64,000 nucleotides of DNA from Diplonema japonicum (Eukaryota > Protista > Euglenozoa: Diplonemea): NCBI GenBank assembly GCA_964019335.1, contig OZ025669.1:124001-188000 (forward strand), read 5' to 3'. Of the stretch, positions 32,696 to 43,430 are shown piece after piece. How positions within the stretch are numbered: the stretch's first letter is position 1; the number at the start of each line of letters is the position of its first letter. The position numbers were made by a program, and so were the translations under genes. A model generated the notes under the pieces. That model was given only the letters and a program-made list of their open reading frames with translations. It was not told where the DNA came from and ran no database searches.

Positions 32696-35269
32696 TTACA
32701 CGTCCAGCTCGTCGTCAGCAAGTATGGGAGAGAGGTGCAGGGACGTGAGGGCAGTGCGCAGGGCAGCCGAGAGCTCATCGAGGGAAGAGTACTCCGGGAG
32801 GGAGAGCTGGTAGAAACAGGTATGGGAGTAGAAGCGGTTTGGTGATCTGAAGACTGATATCTTATTCGGTATGCCGCCATATGGTATGGTGCTGGTTCCT
32901 GTGCAGAGGCGCAGGAAGTCACGAAGGTCAGAAAAGGGCAGCTCCCTCAGAAGCGTGCAGAGGTAGTACGGTGTCGAATCGCCTTTCTCCCAGTTCCTGA
33001 ACTCTATGTTGGCCACCACCGCCTCCCCGCTCACAACCTCCTCCCCGCACACCAATGTCATGACCTCGCAAGCCCCCAGCATCCCGATCAACGTGCCCAT
33101 CGTCACCTCTTCTACACTGAAGCCCTTCTTCACCTCCTCCAGCTGCTCCTTAATGTCACCCACAAGTTTCTTCTTGCACGTCATCCTAACGTACTCTCCT
33201 GCCTTCTCGCAAGTGTCCACGGGGCTCCCGTCAGGGAAACACAAACACAGAGACTCCAGGTACTCTCGGCTCTTGCTCTTGTTCACCATCTCCTTCAAAG
33301 AGTTATAAAGGACGCCGTCGTAGTGCCGCATCTCTCGCAGCCAGTCGAGGGGCGATGTGGGGTACGAATGGTCGGGGATGAGGTATTTGAAGAAGATGGG
33401 TGGGAAGGAGAAATGCAGACAGCGGCCGTCGATGAGGCACTTGAGGACAAGGCGGCCAAGGGCGTGCATGTCCTTCGCGCTGTTGGAAGGTGAGGGAAGG
33501 TAGCACTGCGTGGCTTCCGCAGACGTGGAACTACTGCAAGAAGGGAGCAAGGACTTAAGGTATTCCGTGCACAGTTCATTGGCCACCCCGCCCAAGTCCA
33601 CTGCAGGCTCGCCTGCAAACGTTACGTTCATGGGGCTCACGAGGTCGCTGCCACACAAGCTGTTAAACATCTCCGCACACGCCTCTCGTACGTCGTGCCT
33701 CTCTATCACCACGAAGTACTCTACCCTGTCGCGTGTTAACTCCTTCAAGTAACCCCGCAACAAAGCTATTTTGTTGTTCTTATTTACGATCATGTTCCGC
33801 TCCCTGAGCCAGTTCCCTAAGTCCCGCCACACCTCGCTTTTTCCCAACACATCAAGTGCCCTGGGCGCCTCAGGCTCACCATGCTTGATTTCATTTATAA
33901 TTGGCAGCAGCAAGTACCGCGAGGCGGCGGCCTGCTCCTCATCGTTGGGCACCTTCCGCAGGATAAACCGCGCTACATCACCAACAACACTTACATCTTC
34001 ATGCTTAGGCCGCTTGCCGGTGTTGTCCCAAGCCTCAGGTGACCCGATCACCACTTTGCCAGAAGACACGAACAGATTTTCAGGTCGCAGAGCATTGCCA
34101 AAGGTTAGGCCCTCACCGGCTGCCTCGATTGAATGAAGCAGCCGCCTCACCATGCCCACCACCACCCGCGGGTCGATAAAACCCTTTTCCACCTCTTGCA
34201 GAAGCGTCCCGTTGTGATGTTCGTAGCAGAAGTACACATCGCAGTCCTGCACTATTGCTACTCTTTTCAATTTCATGACTGAAGGCATGTTCAGGGATGC
34301 TGCCTGCAGTACTTTCTTAACAAGATCGGCGGTGGCTGCGTCATGTTTCTGGTATTTCTTCACTAAGTACATGCACCCTTTCGTGCCCCACCTCGCGCTG
34401 AAATAGCCGTCACCCACCTCACCATGGGGGACTAAAGGCGACACGCTGCACACCGTGGTTGGCACGTTGTGCAAAGACAGCTCCCTGCACCACATGGGGG
34501 TCACCACGTGACTCATGGACGACTTGAGCTGAAAGCCTGCTGTCCTGGGCCGTGCAAGAGGTGCTGGTGCCATGCTTGCCGGTGGGTGTACAGGGTGAAT
34601 GGATGGCGCTGCACAGGTTGAAGAGTTTGTTGCATTTTCCACGTGAGGGACAACAGGCCCAGGCGGTATTTCATATGAAGCCTTGAGCCCACCACTCAGA
34701 GGGGGCCGAATGGCAGTCCTGGGCCGCAGGCTTGTCGAGTGGGCGGACCCGTACCTGGATTGTGCTGTTGAGAAGGTGAAAAGGCTGTCGAGTAGGGTAT
34801 TTGTAGGCACTGTTGAGGGCGACAGGGTGCCTTCTTCAATACTCTTTCTGAGAGAGGCCGAGAAGGGGAACGTAACCTGTTTCTGCCGCAGCCACATTAG
34901 AGCTTCCTCCATGTTACCGTTCATCACAAGAGCGACGGCTATGTTGTGCATGAGGTGCCCCTTCACGGTGTCGTCCTCGTCGGTGCTTCGGAGCGCTTTG
35001 GCGTATATTTTCGATGCTTTCAAATACTGTGAGTCGCACACTAAAAGGTTCCCACAACTACCATGTATCACCAGCTTAAGCCTGCCCCCTTCGCTGTCAC
35101 GTCCCTCGCAAGCATCGACCAGTGATAGGAATGCCTTCAGAGCATCAGCAGGCCTGCCCTCTGCTAGCGACTGCTGTGCCATCTTCACACCGCCCCATAG
35201 CGAAACTGATCTATTTCGCACCCGCTGCTCGTACATCCTGAAGGCACTCGATCTTCTGGCATCATGCAT
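32696..35269 (-). CDS. HECT E3 ubiquitin ligase with N-terminal TPR-like helices and a central pseudokinase, about 857 aa
   Basis: HECT motifs FAGEPAVDLGGVANE, FLRLCTG and SHTCFYQLSLPEY (catalytic Cys present). Kinase-like YLVKK, YEHHNGTL and LRPENL lack HRD and DFG. Confidence 0.85.
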   Translation of the reverse strand: MHDARRSSAFRMYEQRVRNRSVSLWGGVKMAQQSLAEGRPADALKAFLSLVDACEGRDSEGGRLKLVIHGSCGNLLVCDSQYLKASKIYAKALRSTDEDDTVKGHLMHNIAVALVMNGNMEEALMWLRQKQVTFPFSASLRKSIEEGTLSPSTVPTNTLLDSLFTFSTAQSRYGSAHSTSLRPRTAIRPPLSGGLKASYEIPPGPVVPHVENATNSSTCAAPSIHPVHPPASMAPAPLARPRTAGFQLKSSMSHVVTPMWCRELSLHNVPTTVCSVSPLVPHGEVGDGYFSARWGTKGCMYLVKKYQKHDAATADLVKKVLQAASLNMPSVMKLKRVAIVQDCDVYFCYEHHNGTLLQEVEKGFIDPRVVVGMVRRLLHSIEAAGEGLTFGNALRPENLFVSSGKVVIGSPEAWDNTGKRPKHEDVSVVGDVARFILRKVPNDEEQAAASRYLLLPIINEIKHGEPEAPRALDVLGKSEVWRDLGNWLRERNMIVNKNNKIALLRGYLKELTRDRVEYFVVIERHDVREACAEMFNSLCGSDLVSPMNVTFAGEPAVDLGGVANELCTEYLKSLLPSCSSSTSAEATQCYLPSPSNSAKDMHALGRLVLKCLIDGRCLHFSFPPIFFKYLIPDHSYPTSPLDWLREMRHYDGVLYNSLKEMVNKSKSREYLESLCLCFPDGSPVDTCEKAGEYVRMTCKKKLVGDIKEQLEEVKKGFSVEEVTMGTLIGMLGACEVMTLVCGEEVVSGEAVVANIEFRNWEKGDSTPYYLCTLLRELPFSDLRDFLRLCTGTSTIPYGGIPNKISVFRSPNRFYSHTCFYQLSLPEYSSLDELSAALRTALTSLHLSPILADDELDV

Positions 35270-35346
35270 CCGACCAACCTGTCGTGTAGTAACATGCGCA
35301 CAGTGTGTAATAACAAGAATATACAACTAAGGAAAGTACACAAAAT

Positions 35347-38157
35347 CTAAAGTAGTTCCGCTTCGGTAGCCTCTTCTTGGAGCTGCTCCTGGTGGCGTAA
35401 TTCGTTGTATTGCTTCATGAGTTCTTGTTTCTCTGTGTGAGCTTGCACCAGCAGTGTGTTGGCATACCGGACAGCTGTATTGTCTCCTCCTCACGGATAG
35501 CCTCGCGCCGCTGCTGCGTTTTTCTTAGGAAGCCGTTCATGTTGTCCTCCAGGCTTTGGATGTTGCCGTTGATGCGCAGCGTCTCCGTCTGTATTGTGTT
35601 GATGTTTCTTTCGGTGTTTTCATACCCTGATGACCTCTGGTAGCATGGTGCTCTGGGCCACTGTTTGTTCCTGCTGTGTCAATAATGTCCAGGCTGCGTC
35701 CCTCTTCGCACGCATCTGCGCCTCTTTATTATCGATCTGCAGCACTTCGTCCTGCAGCGACATCATGTAAGCATCTATTTCTTGCATCCTCTCATCGATA
35801 GCGGCCCTTTTATTCGCCAGTTCAGTGTCCGGCTGAAACGGAGTGTTCGGCATGACGCCAGCTTGGTTCATCAACAGCTGCTGTTCGTAAGCCCATCTTT
35901 TCTTGTTCTCCTCTTCTGCAGCCTTTGCCCGTATCTGCTCCACCTCATGCCTGTACCCTCGAACGCTGGCGTCTCTCTCCGTGCGGAGCATCTCCAGCTC
36001 AGCAGCAAATGCATCACAACCCTCTTTAGTCTCGCGTTCTATCCTAAAGCAGGATGCCTGCAGCCCTCTTAGCTTTTCTTCTTTCTTGTTGAGTACATTC
36101 AAGGCGCTTGCCAGCTTTTGATCATATATCCTCCGGAGCTCCTTCATGCTGAAGATGGACTTCCGCACCACGTCCACCATGTCGTCGACCTCCTCGCTCT
36201 TCCTCTCCAAGTGCCACCGCAGTGTCCCACTGGTGCATGCTTCGTTCTCGAGCTCATCCATCTTCGCAATCGCAACGTGCAGTTGGTCACATGTTTCCGT
36301 CAGTTCGTTAGCGGTGCTCACTGCCGCCTCGTCTCCCTCGTTCCCAGTAGCACAACTAGACGATTCCAGCACCTGCTCGTTGGCCTTGATGTGTGACGCT
36401 AACGCATTGCTGTGTTTTTGCGCCAGCGTCTCTTGCAGCTCTGCAAGGTCGCTGCACTCAGCCTCAATGGCCTCCAGCTCAAGCATCAGCAGTTTGCTAT
36501 CGTCTTTCTTGGTTTCTTGCTTCGACTCGATCATGGCCTCCAGAGACTGAGCCTCCATTTCCAAAGCGGCTATCTCCTTCTGCGTGTTCGCAACATACGC
36601 ACGCTCCACCTTAGTGTACTGTGCCTTTTCTGTTCCCAATTGCGTCACACGGTCCTCCTTCATCTTAGCCGCATTGTGAGCTCGGGTAACAAGTTCTTGC
36701 ATGTTGGCAGTGATGGTTTTGACCTGTTCCTTCGAGTCTTGCTGCACGGTACGCGATGCTGCAATCTGCTGCTTCAAAGAAGATTCTTTCTGCAAGGCCT
36801 CATCAAGCTCGACCTGCAGCTCCTCCAGATCCTTCTCAGCCTGGCACACACCTTCCTCCGCTTCGTCCGCTTCCTTCATCAAGTCGACTAGTGCCTGGTG
36901 CGCGACATTAGCCAGTTGCGGTGCCCTGTCTCCTGTGTTGTCATCGTCAATGTCGAACAGCCTGCAGATGGCCCGTCTGTCCTCAATGTAGGCTTCTGTA
37001 ATTTCTTTGTATGAATTCAGCTTCGCTTGATTCTCGTCTATCTCCCTGTTCAGTTTCTGGATGTTGTAGCCGAGCTGTGATATCTCCTCCACCAGGTCAT
37101 GAGCATCCTCTTTCACGTGTCGCGTGGGACGCAGTGAAGATGCCACAGGGCTGATCCCGCTCTCGGATTGTTTATGTGCAGGACTCGATGGTGACCTTGG
37201 TGTCGACACCCCGTATTGGGTGCCACCCTGTGTGCTCACCAGAATGTCGATCTCCTCTGGATATGACGAGCCAGAATGAGAACACGAGCGCTCCCTCATG
37301 GAGTTCCTCCGCACTGAGCCCGTGGTGATGAACATCGACGTTGTGACCCATGAGCCCATGCGGTTGAACTGCCAGCCACCATGCTCGTTCATGCTCGTGG
37401 GCAGCAACACGCCGTTGTGACTGCAAGCACTCTTCATGACCGCTCTGTGAAAGGTAACCGGAGCGCTGCTGATCACCCAGTGGTTGTTCAGAGAACAGAT
37501 GGTGTATCCCGAGCTAGACGTCCACTGCGGCATGCCCTCCGTGTAGCTAGGCAGAAGTGTGTAGCTACCATGCAGGTGATCGACACCTGCTTTTACGAAA
37601 AGCTCTGTAGGGGCGGCTATCGGTCTTGATGCTCTGGGGTCCTTAGACACATAGTTGAGGGGGATAACCCGGATCTGAGCTGGGCTACCTACATTGCTCA
37701 GGTTTAGAGACGATCTTATGCTCCGGCTGCTAGTGACGTTGAGCTCAGAGGAGGTGATACCCTTGTAGAGGCGCTGGAGGATGGTGATGAGGTGAGCTTG
37801 ATCAGCAGGCTTGATGAGCATGTCCGTCGTACGTGTGGACTGGTCGACCTTGATTCCAACCCACCCATCGCTAGTTGTGACTAAACCTGTCAGGTTGCAC
37901 ACAAGCACTACTTTGTCGAAGGTGGATCTCGGGTCGCACAGGTAGATCACCGTTGTGCCAACGATGAGCACCTTCTTGGAGACGAAGACCATTTGAGCTT
38001 GCTGCACAAACTCAAAAAAATGGATCGCAGCATACTTGTCCCCCTGCACAAACATCTCCCCAAAGGGCTCAACCATCTTTTTGTCCAGCGTCGTGTAGTC
38101 GATGTACTCCACCCCATTCACGGGGTCCACCCCTGTCAGTCCCGTTTCTGTGTTCAT
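35347..38157 (-). CDS. Myosin-TH1/PH-like domain plus aromatic beta-domain plus long coiled coil, about 912 aa; introns 35589-35625 and 35433-35467
   Basis: KKVLIVGTTVIYLCDP...GWVGIKV...DMLIKP. Two GTATG...CAG introns extend the C-terminal coiled coil to TAG at 35347. Confidence 0.75.
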
Positions 38158-38434
38158 TTCAATGCCTTTTAGAGCACTCCCACTCGTTCATGGCTGGGGC
38201 TTGTCCTGTGATGATGCATGTGTCCAAAAGCAGGCCGTTGAAAAGAAGAAAACTAGCTAAACATGGTTACAAGGATATAAAGGAAAGCAGGAAAATGAAA
38301 AAAGACGTATCGCAACACTTGGCACGCACTTGTAACGAGCCTGCACTTGGCAAGGCCATGTCAATGGCACCCAGTGCGGGTACACAACTGCAAGACGTTA
38401 ACACATCTTGCGAGATACAGGACTACGTGATGAG

Positions 38435-40120
38435 TTAGCGAAGCGAATCAGGATCCCGATCGGGGACATGGTGCCATGTCCCTGCCATGGGCGTGGTGGG
38501 GAGGAAGACGGTTTCCGTAAAAGCAGGGCGCTGAAAAGGGTAGCAGGCAGGCATCGTGCTGCCCACCATTCGTGTCGACGGCACATGCGGGGCTTCAACA
38601 AGCTCAGAACAAATCCGCACAAGATACTGCTCAGCTGGCACCTCAGCTGCTGTTTCGCTTGCCTGATCCTTCCGGCCGACAGCCTCCTCGTAAGCTGTTT
38701 GCACTGCCGCCTCGACCGTTCCCGTGCACAGCGTAGCTACACTCTTAACCGCGATGCTGCTTGTTTCTAGTATATGTTCCGGCAACGAACTTTTCTCGGG
38801 CTTGGACTCGGGTTTGGGCTCGGACTCGGACTCGGACTCAGCTTGCGGCACCGCCCCAGTGTGTACGTGTACTTCTTCTCCCTCTCCGCTCGATGTGTCC
38901 CCCAAGCCCATGCCCCTGCGGAAGAGCTGCACCATTCTAGGTGATGGCGAGACACGTAAGATGGGTGCAAGGGTAGAAGACGCTGCTGGCAGAGGCAGTG
39001 ACTGCGGTATGTGGTGCGTAGGAGGCGTAGGTATGAACTCTTCACCCCCATCCACGGCTGCAACCTCCGCGCTGCTAGCTCCGTCCGTCATCTCGTCCAC
39101 CTCGCTCTCTTCTTCAAAGACTTCGTGTGCTAGGTAGTCGTACGTTGCGCTCCCCGACACATGGTGCCGCGTCGCCCTGTCCTCCCCGAACATGCGGAGG
39201 TAGTCGTTCCCCTCCTGCACACGCTGTGCGAGGAGCGCAAGCTGTTCGTCTTTTCCACACGACACATCAGATGCAGTAGAGATGGACATGCCGACAGTGC
39301 TGGACACTGACGACACATCAGTCATCTCCTCCTCCTCCTCCTCTTCTTCCTCCTCCTTTGCAGAGGTCCCTTCCGATGAAAACTCTGAGAACAACAGTGT
39401 ATCCTCCTCCTCCTCCTCGCTGTCCGGAATATTGCACAACATCATGCCCCACATACCAGGGGTGCTGACAAGGAGCAGGAAGGTGGTGTACCCAAGCCAA
39501 GCAGTGGTGTGGTCCGGAGAAGGGGCGTAGATATAAGGAACGGATGGAGTGAGCGGCGGGCTGTCAGGCTCGGGATTCTTATCTTCTTCCTCCTCCTCCT
39601 CTTCTTCTTCTTCCTCTTCCCCATCGTCAAAGCATGCTGAGGCATCTTTTGAAGCATCGAGGGTTAAATCGCTTCTGATGTTGCTGTCTGTGCCTGCCTT
39701 GAGGACGTTGCTCGTGATGTGTGAGTAGATGGAGGTGATGATGGTGACGAGCTCGACGACGTCAGGCGGCTTGACAAGGATGTCAGGGGGCTTTGCTATC
39801 TTGATTCCCACCCACCCACCGTTGGCCTTGCTCAGCCCCACCTTCACCACATCTGTTATTTTGACGACACGTGTCAGCGTGGCGTCTGGGTTGGCCACAC
39901 ACAGTGAGGTGGGGCCTATCAAGATCACTTTTCTCTTCGGGAAGAAGGCATTTGCCCTTCTCTCCTGCACATTTTTAAGGTAGTACAATGCCGGCTTCCC
40001 AGCCTTTCCATGAAAATACCGTTTCTCAAAAGGACCATACAACTCTTTATCCAAATGCTTCTCGTTAATAAATGGAGGCAGCCCGAGACCAGACTCCTCT
40101 TTGGGCCTTTGTCTCAGCAT
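38435..40120 (-). CDS. TH1/PH-like domain protein with acidic low-complexity tail, 561 aa
   Basis: RKVILIGPTSLCVANP...GWVGIKI...DILVKP is paralogous to the neighbouring gene. Poly-Glu tracts follow. Confidence 0.7.
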   Translation of the reverse strand: MLRQRPKEESGLGLPPFINEKHLDKELYGPFEKRYFHGKAGKPALYYLKNVQERRANAFFPKRKVILIGPTSLCVANPDATLTRVVKITDVVKVGLSKANGGWVGIKIAKPPDILVKPPDVVELVTIITSIYSHITSNVLKAGTDSNIRSDLTLDASKDASACFDDGEEEEEEEEEEEEDKNPEPDSPPLTPSVPYIYAPSPDHTTAWLGYTTFLLLVSTPGMWGMMLCNIPDSEEEEEDTLLFSEFSSEGTSAKEEEEEEEEEEMTDVSSVSSTVGMSISTASDVSCGKDEQLALLAQRVQEGNDYLRMFGEDRATRHHVSGSATYDYLAHEVFEEESEVDEMTDGASSAEVAAVDGGEEFIPTPPTHHIPQSLPLPAASSTLAPILRVSPSPRMVQLFRRGMGLGDTSSGEGEEVHVHTGAVPQAESESESEPKPESKPEKSSLPEHILETSSIAVKSVATLCTGTVEAAVQTAYEEAVGRKDQASETAAEVPAEQYLVRICSELVEAPHVPSTRMVGSTMPACYPFQRPAFTETVFLPTTPMAGTWHHVPDRDPDSLR

Positions 40121-42010
40121 CTGTCATTTTTTTCTTTTCCTGCACTGGTAGGGCGGGCCATATTAAGAACAACAATGAAGAAGAAAAAAAAAAACTTTAA
40201 AAGGAAAAAAAAAAAAGGGTGAGCAGGGTGGGTGGTAACTAATTTTCTTTTTTTTTTCTCGTTGATCTTCCGTTTCCTCTCAGTCCCCCCCCTTGTTTTC
40301 CCTGCAGTGGTGTTAACCGCTGGGCGATGGCGGGGGCGATAAGTCAGAAAGACGCCTTTTTCTTTTCTTTTTTTTAAAAGTATTTTCTATTTCTTTCTTC
40401 TTCTTCTTCTTTTTTGTTTCCCTGGCTCGTGCTTCTTTAATAAATGACTGCGATTTATAATCGCGAAAAAAAAAAAGGGGGAAAAAAAAAGAAGAAGAAA
40501 CAGGCCAGGGGTCTTCATTTCCATTCCCTCTCTCACCCTTACTATGCTTCTGTTGATTACTCTTTCTTTTTTTTTCTCTCTCTCTCCTTAAAAATCATAT
40601 TGAAACATAATCCTTTGTATTCTGTTTCTTTTTTTTTCCCTAGTGGGTCAAAAAAAAGTGACCTGTGGGCCAGTGGCGGCATAAGGGTATGGGGAGAAGA
40701 ATAGTTAAAAAAAGAAAGTATGGGGGGGGGGGGGGGGTACAGGGGGGGTAAGGTGGTGCTTTTCTTTTCTCTACTCGGCATTATACTCTCTTTCAAAAGC
40801 ACGTTGCAATTCTCCGCTTTTTTTTTTTTTGCGAATTTCAGCAGGGAAAAAAAATGCTAATATTTTTATTTAGATTTCATTCATTTTCTTTTTTTTTTTG
40901 TTCCCCCTTTTTCTTTTAGGAAGGTGGGGGGGGGGGGGGGTGGCTGGAGTCTACTTTTTCTTCTTTTTTTCCCATCCCCCCAAAAAAAAAAGAAAAAAAA
41001 AAACGGAATACACAGAAAGGCCATACCATAAATATTTATAAAAATACAAAACAAAGAGGAAGAGGGAAAAAAAAAAAGTGATAAATTCAATAAAATCTGA
41101 GTTCGCTGTGGGAGGGGGTCTAGATTAAAAGGAAAAAGAAAAAGCAGTGCGTAGTGGGCGACAGGAAAACGACACCTCTCCACATGTGTGTAAAAAGGGG
41201 AACTGGCTGTTTTCCCCTTTTGTTCAGACGAGTCGATAACTCAGTCTTGCAAGAAGAAAAAAAAAAAAGAAAAAAAAAAGATGGACGGCAACCTTTGTTA
41301 AGCTACAACCAACCCAACCTTGAAGAAAATAGAAAAAAAAAACACAGAAGAATGAACGGAAAAAAAAGTAGCCGTTCTTCTCCCCTCCCCCGCACCTTTA
41401 GATGTTGACGGGAGCATTTGAAGAATTTAACCCCATAAAAGATCGCTTTTTTATTTTCCCCTTTTAAAAAAACACCCTAGAGCGTGTGAACGTGACGAAA
41501 AAAAAAAAAAAAAAAAAAGTCAATTAAAAAAATCTCTTGATAAAGTTAAAAGATACAGGCGCGCCTTTTGTCTCCTTCATTTCTCTTTCTCTTCTTTTTC
41601 TTGTCTCTTCTGTCGCCCTCGAAGCAGCCCGCACGTTTCCGTTCACCAAAAAGAAAAGGGGGGTGGGAGGGCTGCAGAGGGGGAAGGGGGGGATCCTGCT
41701 CATATCGAGCATGAGCAGTTCCTTCTTTTAGCCTCAAAAAAAAAAGATTTATATAAATATATACTAGTTAATCGCTTTCATTTTCTTTTTTGTTTGTGCA
41801 CAAAAAGCGGTATTTTACCTAATAAAATAGCTCATTACGCTGCCATCAACTAGTTTTTTTTTCTTTTTATTAAAGTCTCGACAACAATATATTAAAACAA
41901 AAAATGGGGGGGGGGGAAACAGAAGTGAAAAGCAAAGCCGAGAATATAACAGAAATAACAGAGAAGAATGAGGGAAAGGGGCAATGGAAGAAAGAAAGAA
42001 AGAAAAAAAA

Positions 42011-43219
42011 TATATGAGTTAAAGGAAGTCTTTGTGAGACGCCCCCTTGTTCTCATCTTCTACCTGCACCTATCCCCTTTCAGCAGCGGGTTCTCCTCCT
42101 TTGGTGGTCTTGCCGGCCTTCTCCCCAGCCTGGCCGCTCTTTCTCTTCGTTCTCTCGCCCATTGTCCTTTCAATGCCTCTAGGTCATGCTTGGTCTTCGG
42201 TGATGCAAAAAAAGAAGAAGAAAAAATCCCGCTGAGATTTCTTTTTTTTTCTCTCTTTTGAGTACCAAGGACGACGACGCATATAGGTAATAAACCGTCA
42301 ACGCGCAACTGTTCAGCATCAGCTACTTATTCACCGCCATTCCTTTTTTTTTTTCCGAAAGGAAAAAGGGGGCACATTCCATTCTTACTTTTAAAAAAAT
42401 CCATTTAAAAAAAAAAAAAAAAGACATTTAAAAAAGTCATTCAGAAAAAGCCAGCCTCCGAACTTCCATTCACCCCAAACATGTCTTGGCATGGACGAGC
42501 TCATTTAAGATACTGAAACAAAATTCGGAAAAAAAAAGGGGGGGGGGAAACCTAAATATTTAAGGTTGCGGATTCACGATTACCAACTTGTCCTGGGCCT
42601 CGGCCCGTCCTGTCGGGGACTTGTGAGTGCCTGCTGCGTCAGTGGAGGAAAACAACAACAACATAAAAAAAAAATAATAATAATAAAATATATATATATG
42701 AGTTAAAGGAGGCCGGTGTTGGCGGCGCCCTGCACAAGAACTGTCTACTTGATTACAGGGGGCGCGCCGCGGCCGGAGTTGTAGCTTCTTCTGCGTTGAA
42801 AGAAGAGATGAGATAAAGGAGGTTCCTGTTTTGGAACGTCCCCCTTGTCTCTACTTATCTACCCCTTTCTCCCTTCTGGGGCCTCGGCCTTTCTTTCTTT
42901 TTTGGCTGTGTTGCCTTTCTCAAAGTATCCTCTCTTTCTTCTTGCCACTTTCTGCCCAGTTTCTTAAGGTCCTTCTGTTCCATCCCAGACTCTTCTTCGC
43001 ACCTATGGTTCTAAGCGCGTGGTTCTTCTGGCTCTCCGCTGGGAAGATCCGCTTGCCTCTGACCTTCTTCTGTATGCGTGCTGTGTCCCACCCTTCTTGG
43101 ATTCTTTCCAGGAGGCCGTGGAAACTCCGCGCTTTCTTCTGTATCATGTCTAGATCACCCTTCTTCCCCGTGATCGGCTCGACGCCCAGCGTGTTCTCGA
43201 AGTCTAGTACGAGTTCCAT
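42011..43219 (-). mobile_element. Cluster of degenerate 3'-end fragments of a putative non-LTR retrotransposon (three related 3' ends)
   Basis: Shared terminus TCCTTTA(A/T)CTCAT (minus) at 42011-42026, 42695-42710 and 42808-42820. Two copies end in similar peptides, DL..L...W..ER.....KG[DE]R.R*. The ORF remnant 42920-43219 is frame-disrupted. Confidence 0.5.
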
Positions 43220-43430
43220 TGTGGAAAAAAAAAAAAAGTCAGTTGATACAGAAAAAAAAAAAATCTTTTTTTAAGAAAAGAAATTATGAAAAAAAAACTT
43301 TTTTTTTTAGTTGCACCTTCCTCTCTTTTTTTTTTCTCTTTTTTTTTTCCTCCCAACTTTTTTCCTTTTTATTTCATGGTGACAATTAAGAAATCTTCTC
43401 TGTCATCTTTTGCCTCCCCCCTCCTTTTTT

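Noticed and set aside
39385-39456. Possible stopless 72-nt intron (GTATGT...CTCAG) in the 561-aa gene
   Set aside because: The ORF is open without it, it exceeds the observed size range and it would remove a poly-Glu tract. Needs RNA data.
41425-42625. RNase MRP-like CR-I (AAGUCCCCG) and CR-V (AUGGGGUU) on the minus strand
   Set aside because: Both are imperfect, 1.2 kb apart and separated by retroelement debris.
42695-42712. AAAGGAGG as a Shine-Dalgarno sequence or bacterial insert
   Set aside because: No downstream ORF; it is the reverse complement of a repeated element terminus in eukaryotic DNA.
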